Source: Thecamonas trahens ATCC 50062 (Eukaryota > Protista > Apusomonadida). Taken from it: DNA of 64,000 nt. Below are positions 33,084-43,787 of this stretch, one piece after another. Both the position numbers and the translations under genes were made by a program. Under the pieces are notes generated by a model. The model was not told the DNA's origin and searched no databases. It worked only from the letters and a program-made list of their open reading frames with translations. Where the stretch lies: positions 367,008-431,007 of the forward strand of contig NW_013657653.1 in NCBI RefSeq assembly GCF_000142905.1, in the 5' to 3' direction. Every line of letters begins with the position of its first letter. Position 1 is the stretch's first letter.

Positions 33084-34568
33084 CTAGGCCACCGTCGGAT
33101 CCGAGGCTGCCGGAGTGTCACTGGTGGTTGCCGATGGCGGCTTGAACTTGGTCCACAGCGGATACCGGGTCAGCCAGGTGGCAAACTGCGGAACGACGGA
33201 GCACTGATTGAGGATGTACGCTTCGTTGGCAGAAGTGCGAGGCGGGCCGGAAACTGGGATGGGGTGGACTGGGACTCGCGGCTCGACGCGGAGAAAGAAC
33301 GGCATCGAGACGCGATCAGCCGACGCGGCGCACGACTCGACGCGATGGAGCGACGCCGCGAGTGTACCGTTGGTCAGCCACGCACCGTAGTAGCCCGGGA
33401 AGACGACAGCATAGCGAGCGTGATCTGCTGCGGGCGGATGCAGCGCCTCGACATTGGCCCACCGTCCTGTTGCGCGGTCGACGACCTGCAGCTCGGCAAC
33501 GGCAGATACCGGCGCGACGGTGAGCAGCGTCGAGTCGCCGTGCTCGATGCAGCGGGCGTCGCCACGGGTAAAGGCAAACATCTCCGGGTCCCACAGGTCG
33601 TCGTCAGACGAGCCATCTTCGGCACGCTCGTTGTCAAACGGCACGCCTTGGTAGTACTTCAGAAGCCGCAGGGTGGTGCGGAAGCCATAGACCTCGTCGA
33701 CAACCGGTGGGACGTGGACGAGAGCGTCGAGTCGGTCTTCGTCGAGGCCGGTAGCAGAGCCGACGCCACCGAGGCACTCGCGCGCAAGAGCCTTGAGGCG
33801 CGTCAGTGCGCCCTCGATTGTCTCGCGAAAGTCAGTGCCAAGCGACCGCGGCCACGGATCGCGCTGGACGCCAAGCACGTCCGACTCGTCCGAGTCCGAG
33901 CCGGAGCTCGAGACCGAGCCGGCGCTCGACGAGGCAAAGTCGGAGCCGTCGAGCTCGACAAACCGCTCCTGGACATTATACACTTCGCGGCCGCGGTTGA
34001 TGAACCCGTAGCCTTCGATCATCTCGTCGCGGGCACACTTGAACTTTTCCCTCAGTGGGAGGCTGAAGAAGGCGTCGGCAGCAGCGGCAGCGTTGCGCAT
34101 GACGTCGGCAAACTCGTCATCGAGCTCGATGAGTGCAAATCCCCTCGCCATCATGGCGTCCAGCACACGTTGCTCCCATCCTGCGACCCCATGCGTTATC
34201 GAAGAGCGCACAGCGGCATCCTGGCGTGCTCCAGGAAGGACGATCCTCAGCGCAAGGTCGACGCCGCTGCGGCCGCAAGGAGCGGGCCGAGTCGCTGCGG
34301 CTATGCTCTCGGCGTAACGACCCAGTAGCGAGAGCGGATAGACAATGGGGTAGGCCACCTTGTCTGTAAAGCCAGCGATGGAAGATCCGCTGTCTACCCC
34401 GTCGATCATGCCTAGCAGCAGCTCTTCTAGTGCTGCGTCGAGAATGTTGTCGTCGGCGGCAGACTCGGCTGCTTCGGCGATGACCGACATGGGTACCACA
34501 AGTGTAGCGTCTGCGGGGGTGGAGACCGACGTGGCGACGTATGCGAGGGAGAAGGTGATAGTGGCCAT
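33084..34568 (-). CDS. 2-oxoglutarate/Fe(II) dioxygenase (IPNS/DIOX-like)
   Basis: GFALI, FFSLPLREK, LRLLKYY, HGDSTLLT (HxD), WLTNG..ASLHRV, RVSMPFF. Start uncertain. Confidence 0.88.
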   Translation of the reverse strand: MATITFSLAYVATSVSTPADATLVVPMSVIAEAAESAADDNILDAALEELLLGMIDGVDSGSSIAGFTDKVAYPIVYPLSLLGRYAESIAAATRPAPCGRSGVDLALRIVLPGARQDAAVRSSITHGVAGWEQRVLDAMMARGFALIELDDEFADVMRNAAAAADAFFSLPLREKFKCARDEMIEGYGFINRGREVYNVQERFVELDGSDFASSSAGSVSSSGSDSDESDVLGVQRDPWPRSLGTDFRETIEGALTRLKALARECLGGVGSATGLDEDRLDALVHVPPVVDEVYGFRTTLRLLKYYQGVPFDNERAEDGSSDDDLWDPEMFAFTRGDARCIEHGDSTLLTVAPVSAVAELQVVDRATGRWANVEALHPPAADHARYAVVFPGYYGAWLTNGTLAASLHRVESCAASADRVSMPFFLRVEPRVPVHPIPVSGPPRTSANEAYILNQCSVVPQFATWLTRYPLWTKFKPPSATTSDTPAASDPTVA

Positions 34569-35083
34569 GGTCCCTGAGGGGGTGAAGTGGTACAGGGGAG
34601 AGACCAGAGGCTCCTCGGCGTGGGTGTGAGAGGCCACGGTACATGAGGGCCATCCGCCTGCCTACGCGCGGGCATTCGCCAGGGCATGCATGGTCGAGCT
34701 CGGCAGACGATACCAAGCAACGTACGCCACGCACACTCCCATGCACCATACTTGACCACGATCTACAACCGATGGATACTGTTCGACGATGATCCCCCCC
34801 CCCCGCCACCCCCTCTTGCATGCTAGCATGCGGGATCCTGCCCATGGCCTTTGTGGCATCCGTCCTCAGTCCGCCATCACATCCACCACACCACAAGTGC
34901 AACCACCTTGGCCATTACCTCTTACTCTCCTTATATCATCCGATCCCCCCCCCCCCCTCTCCCGCTGCGGTGTGCGGTATGTATCGCTCAGATCTCGGCC
35001 GGCTCACCACACATGCTCTCCCACCGACAGCTATAGACACAGCCACACAGCCGCACACCACCACTCTACCACCAACGTCGGCC

Positions 35084-36313
35084 ATGCATGGGGAGAACAG
35101 TCGACTCTCAACGTCGTGGGTGACGACAACACAGTGCGTGCTGTTCTTCTACCTCGCCTCGTCGGCCATCACGCTGTACAACAAGTACCTGCTGTCGTAT
35201 GCTGGCGTGCCCTTCCCGCTCACTATGCTCCTCTTCCATCAGGCGGGGGTGTATGGCTTTGCAAGGGCCTTCTCCACTATTACCAAGAGAGAATGGCCTC
35301 AGTTCTCATCGTACTCTGTGTATGCCAAGCAAGTGCTTCCGGTAGGCTTGGCCATGTCCATCGATCTTGGCGCCACCAATGCCGCCTACCTCTTTGTCAC
35401 CGTCTCCTTTGGCCAGCTGGTCAAGACTCAGGTCGCCGCATGGATCGTTGGCCTCTCCTTTGCTTTGGGTCTCGTCAAGCCGTCGTTTCTGGTGGCGGCA
35501 TCGTGTGCGCTGGTTGTGTGTGGCATCGCTGTCTCGGCCTGGGCTGATACCACCTTTTCGTTTCTTGGCTTTGTCCTCCTCTGCGTCGCCTCGCTCGCCG
35601 CCGCCATCAAGCTGCTCCTCTTCCAGGTCCTCTACCAAAAGACTCTCAAGGACGCGCATCCTGTCCAGCTGATGGGCGTCATTGCGCCGTCGGTCTTTGT
35701 CTTTCTCTTTGTTCCGGCCATGGCAATGGAGCTGCCCACCATTCTCGCGCTCTCGCTGGAGAGTCTGGCCACAGCACTCGCCCTCGTCTCGCTCGGCGTC
35801 TGCTTTGCCTTTATGCTCATTCTCTCCGAGATTCTGCTGATCGGCAAGACGAACGCCATCACAGCGCAGATTGCGGGCTCGTTCAAGATTGTAGTGGTGA
35901 CTGCGGCGGCGGTGGTCATCTTCCGCGACCCGCTCAACGCGCGGGTGGCGGTCGGCATGACCATCGCCTTTCTCGGCGCGCTCCTCTACTCGTACACCCG
36001 CATCCGCGACAAGCAGCGTGCCGAGGCTGCGCGCGTAGCCGCCTCGGGCTACGCACAGCTCGACGGGTCCGATCCGCTGCTGGACGGCCCGCTCGGCGCG
36101 CCGCTCCCGGTCGCTGCTGGTTCCGGCGCCAGCAGCGGCTCGGACGATTTTCTTGTCGACGTCGAGCTCGACATCCTCGGCGCCCGCTCCGACCCAGACG
36201 CCGATGCCCAGGCAATGCTCCTCGCGCCTGCGCCGCCACCGCGCCTTACCTCGGCCGCCACGCCACCGCCCATCGATGGTTCGTCGTCGTCCGAGGTCTC
36301 CATCTCGTTGTGA
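35084..36313 (+). CDS. Triose-phosphate/nucleotide-sugar transporter (TPT/SLC35C2-like)
   Basis: ITLYNKYLL..PFPLTM, DLGATNAAYLFVTVSFGQLVK, TNAITAQIAGSFK; about 10 TM segments. Confidence 0.88.
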   Translation: MHGENSRLSTSWVTTTQCVLFFYLASSAITLYNKYLLSYAGVPFPLTMLLFHQAGVYGFARAFSTITKREWPQFSSYSVYAKQVLPVGLAMSIDLGATNAAYLFVTVSFGQLVKTQVAAWIVGLSFALGLVKPSFLVAASCALVVCGIAVSAWADTTFSFLGFVLLCVASLAAAIKLLLFQVLYQKTLKDAHPVQLMGVIAPSVFVFLFVPAMAMELPTILALSLESLATALALVSLGVCFAFMLILSEILLIGKTNAITAQIAGSFKIVVVTAAAVVIFRDPLNARVAVGMTIAFLGALLYSYTRIRDKQRAEAARVAASGYAQLDGSDPLLDGPLGAPLPVAAGSGASSGSDDFLVDVELDILGARSDPDADAQAMLLAPAPPPRLTSAATPPPIDGSSSSEVSISL

Positions 36314-36336
36314 CAGCAGCATAAAGTAAGGTACCA

Positions 36337-36585
36337 TCACGCAGGCACATTCTTCTTGGCCTTGTCACCATGCTTGGCCATGCATGCAAAGTAGGCATCG
36401 ATGACATCGGTACACGCCTCCTGATCGTAGTCCTTCTCGGCCAGGCAGGTCTGGATGGCACACGCCTTGGACTTGCACGCCACCTCGCCGGGCCGAGTAT
36501 TGACCCGGGCCTCTTTGCCGCAAGCCTTCCCGCCTTCTCCAGCCTGCTCATATCGTGCGTCCTGACTCGACGTCGTGTTGCCCAT
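36337..36585 (-). CDS. CMC4: Twin CX9C mitochondrial intermembrane-space protein (CMC4/MTCP1NB-like)
   Basis: CKSKACAIQTCLAEKDYDQEACTDVIDAYFAC matches the CMC4 pattern. Confidence 0.8.
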   Translation of the reverse strand: MGNTTSSQDARYEQAGEGGKACGKEARVNTRPGEVACKSKACAIQTCLAEKDYDQEACTDVIDAYFACMAKHGDKAKKNVPA

Positions 36586-37014
36586 CTCTGTCCCCTGGTC
36601 GAGTTGCGGCAGAGTGGCGTGGAGTCCGACGTGTGCCGGGCGAGTCGGGCGAGTCGGGCGAGTCGCGATCGGCTTTGCCCGGCCTGGCAGTCTGGCGGCC
36701 CAGTCGCCCGCCAATGCCACTGCCGCCATCGCCGCCATCGCCGCCGTCGCCACCATCGCCACCATCGCCACCATCGCCACCATCGCCTCCCGCTCTCATC
36801 CAAGATATGGGCCACATCCTCCCCATTCCCATTCCTATCCTCATCAGTCACCCCTCCCCCCCCCCCCCCCCCCCCCCCCGCCCCTGACTTGGGTCACGCT
36901 GTCACCGACTTTGGCCACTGTCAGAAGAGCCCATCCCGGCGCCTCGAGTATGTCTCACTGCCACCGCTCCCGCAGACAGCCACACTCGACTTACAATAGA
37001 GGACAGAGACATCC

Positions 37015-39465
37015 ATGTCAGACAATGATAACCAGACGCATGGGACATACATACGGTCGTCGATGTCCACACCAAGTGGCAAGGCACTGCATGGAAACGG
37101 TGGAGGAGGCGGAGCCATCTTCTCCATCCAGAACTCAAGCCGTGCGCCAGCCAGCTTTGTCCCGCCGGAACCGCCGCCGATGCCCGGCACGCCCACAGCT
37201 CGATCGCTTGGCTTCAACTGGCCAGGAACTCGGTATGTGGCATCAAAGACGCCCAAGTCAATGACTCATGCTGTGCCCTCGCTGGCTTCGTATTCGGTTG
37301 GCTCGGTTGATGCGCCGCTTGCCTCGGTCTCCTTCCTCGTCTCTCTCTCGGCCGTCGGCTGGGGTCTCGAGCTTGGCTACGCCATCGAAGCCATGTACGC
37401 AGCACCCATCTTCCTCCAGCTCGGCCTTCCGCTCCGATATGTCTCGTTTGTGTACTGCCTCTCGCCCATTCTCGGCATCTTTGTCCAGCCGCTCATCGCT
37501 GGCATGTCCGACACCTGCACCTCGCGACTCGGCCGCCGCCGGCCCTTTGTTATCTTCTTTGGCGCTGTGGCCATCCTTGGCCTCGGCGCTTTTACCCGCG
37601 TCAATCAAATGGTGTATGGCACGACGACACCGAGTCACAACAACCACGCCATCACAATCCCCATGGCTGTGGTCTTCTTCTTCCTCATGGACTTTGGCCT
37701 CGACACCCTCATGCTCCCGGCCCGCTCGCTCCTCGTCGACGCCGTTCCGCCCTACCGCCAAAACCGCGCACACGCCATCTACGCAGGCCTGCAAGGCACC
37801 GGGGCGGCGCTCGGCTATCTGCTCGGCGGCCTCCGCATGGGCGAGTACCTCACGTTCCTTGGATCCAACGCCCAGGCCCTCTTCACTCTCGTCGCCTTTG
37901 TCCTCCTCCTCTCCGTCATCGTCACCAACGTCGTCGCCCGTGAGTCGCAGTGGGTCGTCGTCGACGACGACGAGGAAGCCGCCCCGCCGCCGCTCTGCGA
38001 CGACAATGTAATTGACGTGGGCGACCTCGTCGCCTCCATCGCCCACCGGACCGTCGACGGCAACATTGAGGCCCACTCGCCGTCGCTCTCCAATCCTGAC
38101 TCGCCCCACGACTCGCCCGAGGACGATCCCGCTCTTGTACGCGCCGCAGAATGGTCCAAGCGCGTCGCGTTTCTCACTTCAGAGCAGCCGGGCCCGGGCC
38201 CGGCCTCGCCGCGGCCGATCCACCCAGCGCTCGGCCTCGGCCCGGCCCCGTCGTCGAGCGACACGAACTCTGCCGATGGCGAGGCCATCTGTGACCACGA
38301 CCATGACGAGCTCCTCTTCTCACCCTCCACCCAGACGGCAGCAGACCTTGTTGCGGCGTTTACCACCAACCCCGAGGGCATCACCTCGCTCCTCAACGAG
38401 GCTGCCGAGGATGCCTCGTCGCCACCGGCGACGGTAGTTCCTCTCGTCGGGCCCGGCCCAGGCATTGTCGTCGACGACGACGAAGACGACCTTCCGTCAT
38501 ACATTGCCGCGTACAACGAGCTGCCTTCTGCAGACATCGAGACTGGCGGGTGCGCCACGCTGGCGTATTCGGGCTCGCGCGGTGACACCTCCCGTCCAGG
38601 CGTCGTCTTCGCCCCGGAGCCATCCGAGACTGCGCCTCTGCTTAGTCACGTCCAAACCACCGCGGCTGACGCGGCCGGCGGACCACTCGCGCCTGCGCCC
38701 GCCGCGGAAGACGACGATAACGATGACGATGACGATGAGGTCATGCTCGGCTTTGTCGAGACCATCCAGGCCATCATGGGCCTCCCGCGGGTCATGGTCC
38801 GCCTCATGCTCATGACCATCACCCAGTGGGTCGGTGTCCTCGCCTTTCTGTTCTTCATTTCAGACTGGTGTGGCTCAGTCGTCTTCAACGGCGATGTCAA
38901 CGCCCCGGTCACCACCCCCGCCTACCGTGACTACGAGGATGGCGTCCGGTTTGCCTCACTTTGCTTTGCCGGCTCGTCGATGGTGACCCTCGTTTGGTCC
39001 TCGCTCCTCCCGCGGGTCATGCGCGCCACCTCGCTCAAGGTCACCCTCTTTGGCTCGCTCTCGCTCTTTGCCGCCGGCTGCATCGGATGCATGTGGATCA
39101 AGACCAAGTGGTACGCCGCCCTCGCCATCATTGTCGGCTACGGCCTCGCCTACGCCTCGCTCTCCGTCGTGCCCTACGCCGTCGCCGGCCTGGTCGCCGA
39201 AAAGCACGAGGCTGGCCTCTTCACCTCGATCATCAACGTCTCGCTTGCCATCGCCCAGCTCTTTGTCTCGTTTGTCGGCGGGCCCGTCATGGAGCAGTTC
39301 TCTGTCGGGTTCTTCATCTCGGTCTCGGGCGTTGTCTCCGCCCTTGGCGCCCTCCTCGCCTTTACCCTCAAGGACAAGCACGGCAAGCCCATCACCTTTG
39401 GCCGCAAGCGCAAGCGCAAGCGCAAGAAGATGGTCCGCTCCATCGCGCCACCCTCCCGGAAGTAG
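37015..39465 (+). CDS. MFS sugar/H+ symporter, SLC45/sucrose-transporter family, with long acidic central loop
   Basis: GLELGYAIE, SPILGIFVQPLIAGMSDTCTSRLGRRRPF, PARSLLVD, FISDWCG.VFNGD, YEDGVRFAS. Confidence 0.9.
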   Translation: MSDNDNQTHGTYIRSSMSTPSGKALHGNGGGGGAIFSIQNSSRAPASFVPPEPPPMPGTPTARSLGFNWPGTRYVASKTPKSMTHAVPSLASYSVGSVDAPLASVSFLVSLSAVGWGLELGYAIEAMYAAPIFLQLGLPLRYVSFVYCLSPILGIFVQPLIAGMSDTCTSRLGRRRPFVIFFGAVAILGLGAFTRVNQMVYGTTTPSHNNHAITIPMAVVFFFLMDFGLDTLMLPARSLLVDAVPPYRQNRAHAIYAGLQGTGAALGYLLGGLRMGEYLTFLGSNAQALFTLVAFVLLLSVIVTNVVARESQWVVVDDDEEAAPPPLCDDNVIDVGDLVASIAHRTVDGNIEAHSPSLSNPDSPHDSPEDDPALVRAAEWSKRVAFLTSEQPGPGPASPRPIHPALGLGPAPSSSDTNSADGEAICDHDHDELLFSPSTQTAADLVAAFTTNPEGITSLLNEAAEDASSPPATVVPLVGPGPGIVVDDDEDDLPSYIAAYNELPSADIETGGCATLAYSGSRGDTSRPGVVFAPEPSETAPLLSHVQTTAADAAGGPLAPAPAAEDDDNDDDDDEVMLGFVETIQAIMGLPRVMVRLMLMTITQWVGVLAFLFFISDWCGSVVFNGDVNAPVTTPAYRDYEDGVRFASLCFAGSSMVTLVWSSLLPRVMRATSLKVTLFGSLSLFAAGCIGCMWIKTKWYAALAIIVGYGLAYASLSVVPYAVAGLVAEKHEAGLFTSIINVSLAIAQLFVSFVGGPVMEQFSVGFFISVSGVVSALGALLAFTLKDKHGKPITFGRKRKRKRKKMVRSIAPPSRK

Positions 39466-39718
39466 CCCCTCCACACTAGCTAATACACCCACATGCGCAT
39501 CCACATCGCCAGACTCCAGCGCAGGGTCCCCCGCCTCCTCGATCCCGCCTCCGATCCCCTCGACGTGGCAGGCCCTCCCCTCCCCCATCCGCCTCCTCTC
39601 CCGCCCCCTTCCCTCGTCCTCTCCTACCCCCACGCCACTCCCCACACCCACACCTGCCCCCCTCCCTGCAACCCCTCCCCCACATATCCTCCCTCCCTTG
39701 GTTCCCCCACCTCCCCCT

Positions 39719-40615
39719 ATGCGTGAGTTCCGGATTGAAGCCCGGCTGGGTATGGACGCCCACACGTACTGGGCCGAGAAGGACACGGCTGGCTTCCGCG
39801 ATCAGATGTGCGCTGTGCTCAACTTGGAGTCTATGGAAGATCTAGAGTCATGGAATGAGAATGGCTTCTCTTACTCGAGAGTGCAGACAAAGCCGAACAT
39901 GGCTCTGCCATCTATGGTCAAGAACATGGTCGGATCAGAATCATTTGTCCTCGTCGATACCATCGAAATCGCTCCCGTCGTCCCGCCCTACGCATGGTCC
40001 TTCACCACTGCCGTCTCCGTCTTTACCGAGAAGACAAAGATCAAGGGTACCGTTCGTATTGTTCCTCAAGGTGATGGCTCGTGCCTTCAGATCTGCGAGG
40101 GCTCCGTCGCTGTCGCCGTCTGGGGCGTTGGCTCGGTTGTGGAGCGACTCATCATCAACGGCCTCCAGGAGACATACTCGAAGCTCCCGGCGGTGGTGGA
40201 GGCTTGGAACGCAGTGCGTCTGCAGTACGGTGCCGGCGCAGCGCCGTCGATGGGCATCGGTGCTCGCTCCGCCTTTGACGACGGCGAGCACTCGGCTGCC
40301 TCGGGAGTCTCGCTTTACTTTGACGCCGGTGCGGGCTCGGCCTCTGAGTGGGGTGGCGCCTCGCTCGCCCGCTCGCCCGAGCTTCACCGCTCACGGGCTC
40401 GCTCGGTCGAGACCAACAACTTTGAGCTCGGCTTTGTCTCGGCCGTCTCGGCTCACGACTACGACGACGAACCAGGCCGCTCCCGCGGCTCGGCCTCGGC
40501 TTCGCCCACTGGTGGTGCGCGGCCGAGTACGTATCTCACCCTCATCACCAGAACGCTCTGTTGCTACTGGTGCACACGTTCAGCCTACCACGCTCTCGCT
40601 ACCCACGATGAGTAG
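39719..40615 (+). CDS. Hypothetical protein with START/SRPBCC-like (DUF2505/PRELI-like) N-terminal domain
   Basis: Beta-rich pattern ending KIKGTVRIVPQGDGSCLQICEGSVAVAVWGVGSVVERLII; host-like codon usage. Confidence 0.6.
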   Translation: MREFRIEARLGMDAHTYWAEKDTAGFRDQMCAVLNLESMEDLESWNENGFSYSRVQTKPNMALPSMVKNMVGSESFVLVDTIEIAPVVPPYAWSFTTAVSVFTEKTKIKGTVRIVPQGDGSCLQICEGSVAVAVWGVGSVVERLIINGLQETYSKLPAVVEAWNAVRLQYGAGAAPSMGIGARSAFDDGEHSAASGVSLYFDAGAGSASEWGGASLARSPELHRSRARSVETNNFELGFVSAVSAHDYDDEPGRSRGSASASPTGGARPSTYLTLITRTLCCYWCTRSAYHALATHDE

Positions 40616-40617
40616 CG

Positions 40618-43572
40618 TCATCTGTACTCACCCCTGCTCCCGGAACCGGGGCTGCCACTGCCGACTGCGGCCTCAAACGCCCGCTTCCACTGCGCGACCT
40701 GGCCTGAGAGGCTCTCTGCTGCGGCGTGGGCTGTGCGAACCTCCGAGTCCTTGCGATCGAGGAGTGCGTCAAAGGTCGATTCGAGCTTGGCCAGCGAGTC
40801 GCGCGACGAGTTGAGCTCGGCAAAGAGCGCGCTCCGCTCACGGACTAGGTAAGCGTTCTCCTCCTCGAGCACTTCAAACTGTGCATAGAGGTCGTCAAGC
40901 GAGGCGGTCTGGTGGAGACGCGGCCGAGTCGACGGCGCAGACCGCACCGGCGACGCAAGCCGCCCGCCGGGCGTCCGCGGCGACGGCATCATCATCTGTG
41001 ACGACGCCAGCGAGTCGCCGAGCCGCGCGCTCACCCCGGGCATCGACGTCATGTCTTCCCGCGCCGCCTGGACCTCGGCGTACGCTTGCTCGACCACCGC
41101 CGCTGCAGGCGTGTGGCCGGCTGCCAGTAGCTCATTGAGCAGCTCCTCGTTTCGCCGCAGCGAGCGGACTGCCCTGTCAATTTTGAGCTCGGTGGCCTGT
41201 TGTGCGTCATCGCGCACCGCCGCCGACGCCTGAGCCGTCCGTGCGGCATCGCGCGCGGCCATGACGTCGGCCTGCAGCTGCGCCACTTGCCGAGTCACTA
41301 CCTGCAGTTCATCGGCGAGTCTGTCGCGCTCGGCTGCGGCGCCGGCCATGCTCGCCACCTCGGCTTGCGCCTTTGTCAGCCGGGCCTGCTCGGCCTCGAT
41401 GTTGGCCCACTCGAGCCGCAGCCGTTGGAGCTCGTCGTCCGAGTATGCCTTGGCCGCCGCCAGCTCTTTGCCCTTCCGCGATGCGGCAGCCAACTGCCGC
41501 TCCTGTGCATCGAGCTTCAGCCGCAGCTTGGCAATGACTGATCGCGGCTCGTCGAGATCGTCGCGCGCATACACTGTGGACCGCGCCACCGACGCTTGCG
41601 CCCGTGCCAGCGCCTCGCGAACTGATGCCAGCTCCTCGAGCGCCGCGCGCTTGGCGCGGACTTCGTGGGCGTATCTCGTTCGCCACGCCAGAGCCGCGTT
41701 GTGCTCGCTCTCGGTCATGCTTGTGCTTCCGCTCGCCATTTCGGCGACCGGAGCGCTAGCATCAGCCACCTCGGCCGCCAGTGCCGCGTTTTCAGCGCGG
41801 AGCTTGGCAATGACCGACATGAGCGACGCGATGCGGGCGTCGGTTGAGGCCTTGAGCTTTTGCGCCGACGCGTCAGCGTCGGCCATGGCCTGGGCCGGCG
41901 ACTTGGGTGAGACGAGTCCGGAAAATACCGAGCCGTCTGGTGATCGCGGCGAGGAGACAGTCGGCGAGAGGAGCGGCGGCTCGGCAGGCATGGCTCGGGT
42001 CACAATCTCGGGTGCGTACAGCACGAAATCGTCCTGGATGGCTGATCGAATGCGGGCTACCCAGTCGGCGGCAACCACTGGCGCCCGTGCCTGAAAGTGA
42101 ATGTCCTCAAAGGTCAGTCCGCGGACCATGCGGCGGACCACAAACTCGCACGGGTTGGTCTGGGAAGGAAAGACCCGAATGGCGGACATCGAGCACAGGA
42201 TCTCGACCACGGTCTTGCCGCGCTTGCCCTTGGTCTCGGTGAGGATGCAGTCGCTGAACATGTGCAGCGTTGTAGTGAGGAGGCGCCCGGAGGTCTTGGG
42301 CGCCGCCGACAAATTCGCCGAGCCGAGGGAGGCATTGAGCGGGTTCGACGCTGTGGACTGTGGGAGTGGCGACGCGCCGCCGACCAGCACCGAGTGGAGC
42401 CGACCAAAGTCGGAGCTGCGTCGCCCCGAGGCCGGCGTTGCTGGCCCACTCACGCTCACGCCCGGGCTTGCTCCACCTCCGCCAAACAGCGAGCTCACCG
42501 AGCCGCGCCGCGACGTCGTCTCGGAGACGGCGTCGTGGGTAATCGAGAGCTGCGAGACACCCGGTGGTGGCGAGCTGCTCTCGCCGCGTGGCTCGGTGTC
42601 CGATTCGACCGGCATGTCGTCGCGGGAGAGCGACGGGGTAGGCGACGGAGCAGTGATGGTCGGAGGGACAAGGTCTCCGCTGGCACCGGCTGCCGCCTCG
42701 GTCGGTGCCGCCACCACGCCCTTGTACCGCAGCACGTCACCGGACAGAATGTGGCGGCGGTCGACAATGCCGTGCTCAAACAGGCTCTGCTCGGACGACT
42801 TGAGCTTTGCGGCAAGCGACATGACCAGGGAGAAGGCCTTGACCTGTGCCATGGCGTTGTTGATGCGTGCGATGAGTCGCGCGACTGCGTGGTACGCGGT
42901 GCACGCGTCGCAGCCCGAGGTCTTGATGTGCTTGGCGGCGCGCGAGGCGTTGGCTGGCCACGGCCCCGAGTCATCCAGCGTGGTCTCGGCCTGGGCAAGG
43001 GCGCCAGCGGCGGCAACGCGGTCTTTCTCGCATCGGGCGCGGGCAAGGCGCTCCATGATGTTCTTGATGTGAAAGACGTGAGCGATGGGCGCGTAGAGGA
43101 GGTTGAGCAGCGAGCGAGAGGCGCAGTCCGGCGGAAGAGCATCCCGAGCCAAGTCTGTGTAGTAGGTGACAAATCCTTGAGAAGCCATGGCCGACTTGAC
43201 TCTCTCCGACACGCGCTCCCACTCGACGACATACTCGAGATAGATAGCCAGATCTTGAATGACAGCATCGTCCGAGTAGTACGCAAAGACCGAGGAGAGC
43301 ACCTCTGTAGGCACGTCAGTACCAGACGGACCGAGAACAACACCATCTGGAAGGGATGGAAGTGGTGATGACTCATGAACAGCACTGATGGCAGCAAGTG
43401 TATCAATCGGAAGGAGGCTTCGGAGCTCACTGCCGTACTTTGAGCTCTTCCCGCCTTGCCAGCCCTCGCTGGCTGCCGGGAGGGCGAGCAACGATGAGAG
43501 CTTGGTGTGGAAAGTCCCGTGGAAGGAGTACAGCTCATGAAGCGCATTGGCCGCTTCCGAGGGGAGGGCCAT
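40618..43572 (-). CDS. RhoGEF-like protein (DH + split PH-like domain) with C-terminal coiled coil
   Basis: SLLNLLYAPIAHVFHIKNIMERL (DH CR3-like), IARINNAM, LHMFSDCILT..., HFQARAPVVAADWVARIRSAI; heptad-rich tail. Confidence 0.65.
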   Translation of the reverse strand: MALPSEAANALHELYSFHGTFHTKLSSLLALPAASEGWQGGKSSKYGSELRSLLPIDTLAAISAVHESSPLPSLPDGVVLGPSGTDVPTEVLSSVFAYYSDDAVIQDLAIYLEYVVEWERVSERVKSAMASQGFVTYYTDLARDALPPDCASRSLLNLLYAPIAHVFHIKNIMERLARARCEKDRVAAAGALAQAETTLDDSGPWPANASRAAKHIKTSGCDACTAYHAVARLIARINNAMAQVKAFSLVMSLAAKLKSSEQSLFEHGIVDRRHILSGDVLRYKGVVAAPTEAAAGASGDLVPPTITAPSPTPSLSRDDMPVESDTEPRGESSSPPPGVSQLSITHDAVSETTSRRGSVSSLFGGGGASPGVSVSGPATPASGRRSSDFGRLHSVLVGGASPLPQSTASNPLNASLGSANLSAAPKTSGRLLTTTLHMFSDCILTETKGKRGKTVVEILCSMSAIRVFPSQTNPCEFVVRRMVRGLTFEDIHFQARAPVVAADWVARIRSAIQDDFVLYAPEIVTRAMPAEPPLLSPTVSSPRSPDGSVFSGLVSPKSPAQAMADADASAQKLKASTDARIASLMSVIAKLRAENAALAAEVADASAPVAEMASGSTSMTESEHNAALAWRTRYAHEVRAKRAALEELASVREALARAQASVARSTVYARDDLDEPRSVIAKLRLKLDAQERQLAAASRKGKELAAAKAYSDDELQRLRLEWANIEAEQARLTKAQAEVASMAGAAAERDRLADELQVVTRQVAQLQADVMAARDAARTAQASAAVRDDAQQATELKIDRAVRSLRRNEELLNELLAAGHTPAAAVVEQAYAEVQAAREDMTSMPGVSARLGDSLASSQMMMPSPRTPGGRLASPVRSAPSTRPRLHQTASLDDLYAQFEVLEEENAYLVRERSALFAELNSSRDSLAKLESTFDALLDRKDSEVRTAHAAAESLSGQVAQWKRAFEAAVGSGSPGSGSRGEYR

Positions 43573-43787
43573 GACTTGGGAGGGGTGGGGTGTGTGTGCG
43601 AGTGTGTGTGGGTGGGGGGGGGGGGGGTGAAGTGGCTGCGGGGGGTGACAGGCGGGAGGGCAGCGTTGGGTGGCGCAGTGGCGGGCGACGGGCGGCAGGT
43701 GGTTTGAGGGTGTTTTGATGGGGTCGAGGTGGAAGGAGGGGAGTTGGTGGAGAGTGTGAGGTTGCGGAGGAGGAGGAGGGTGACTTA

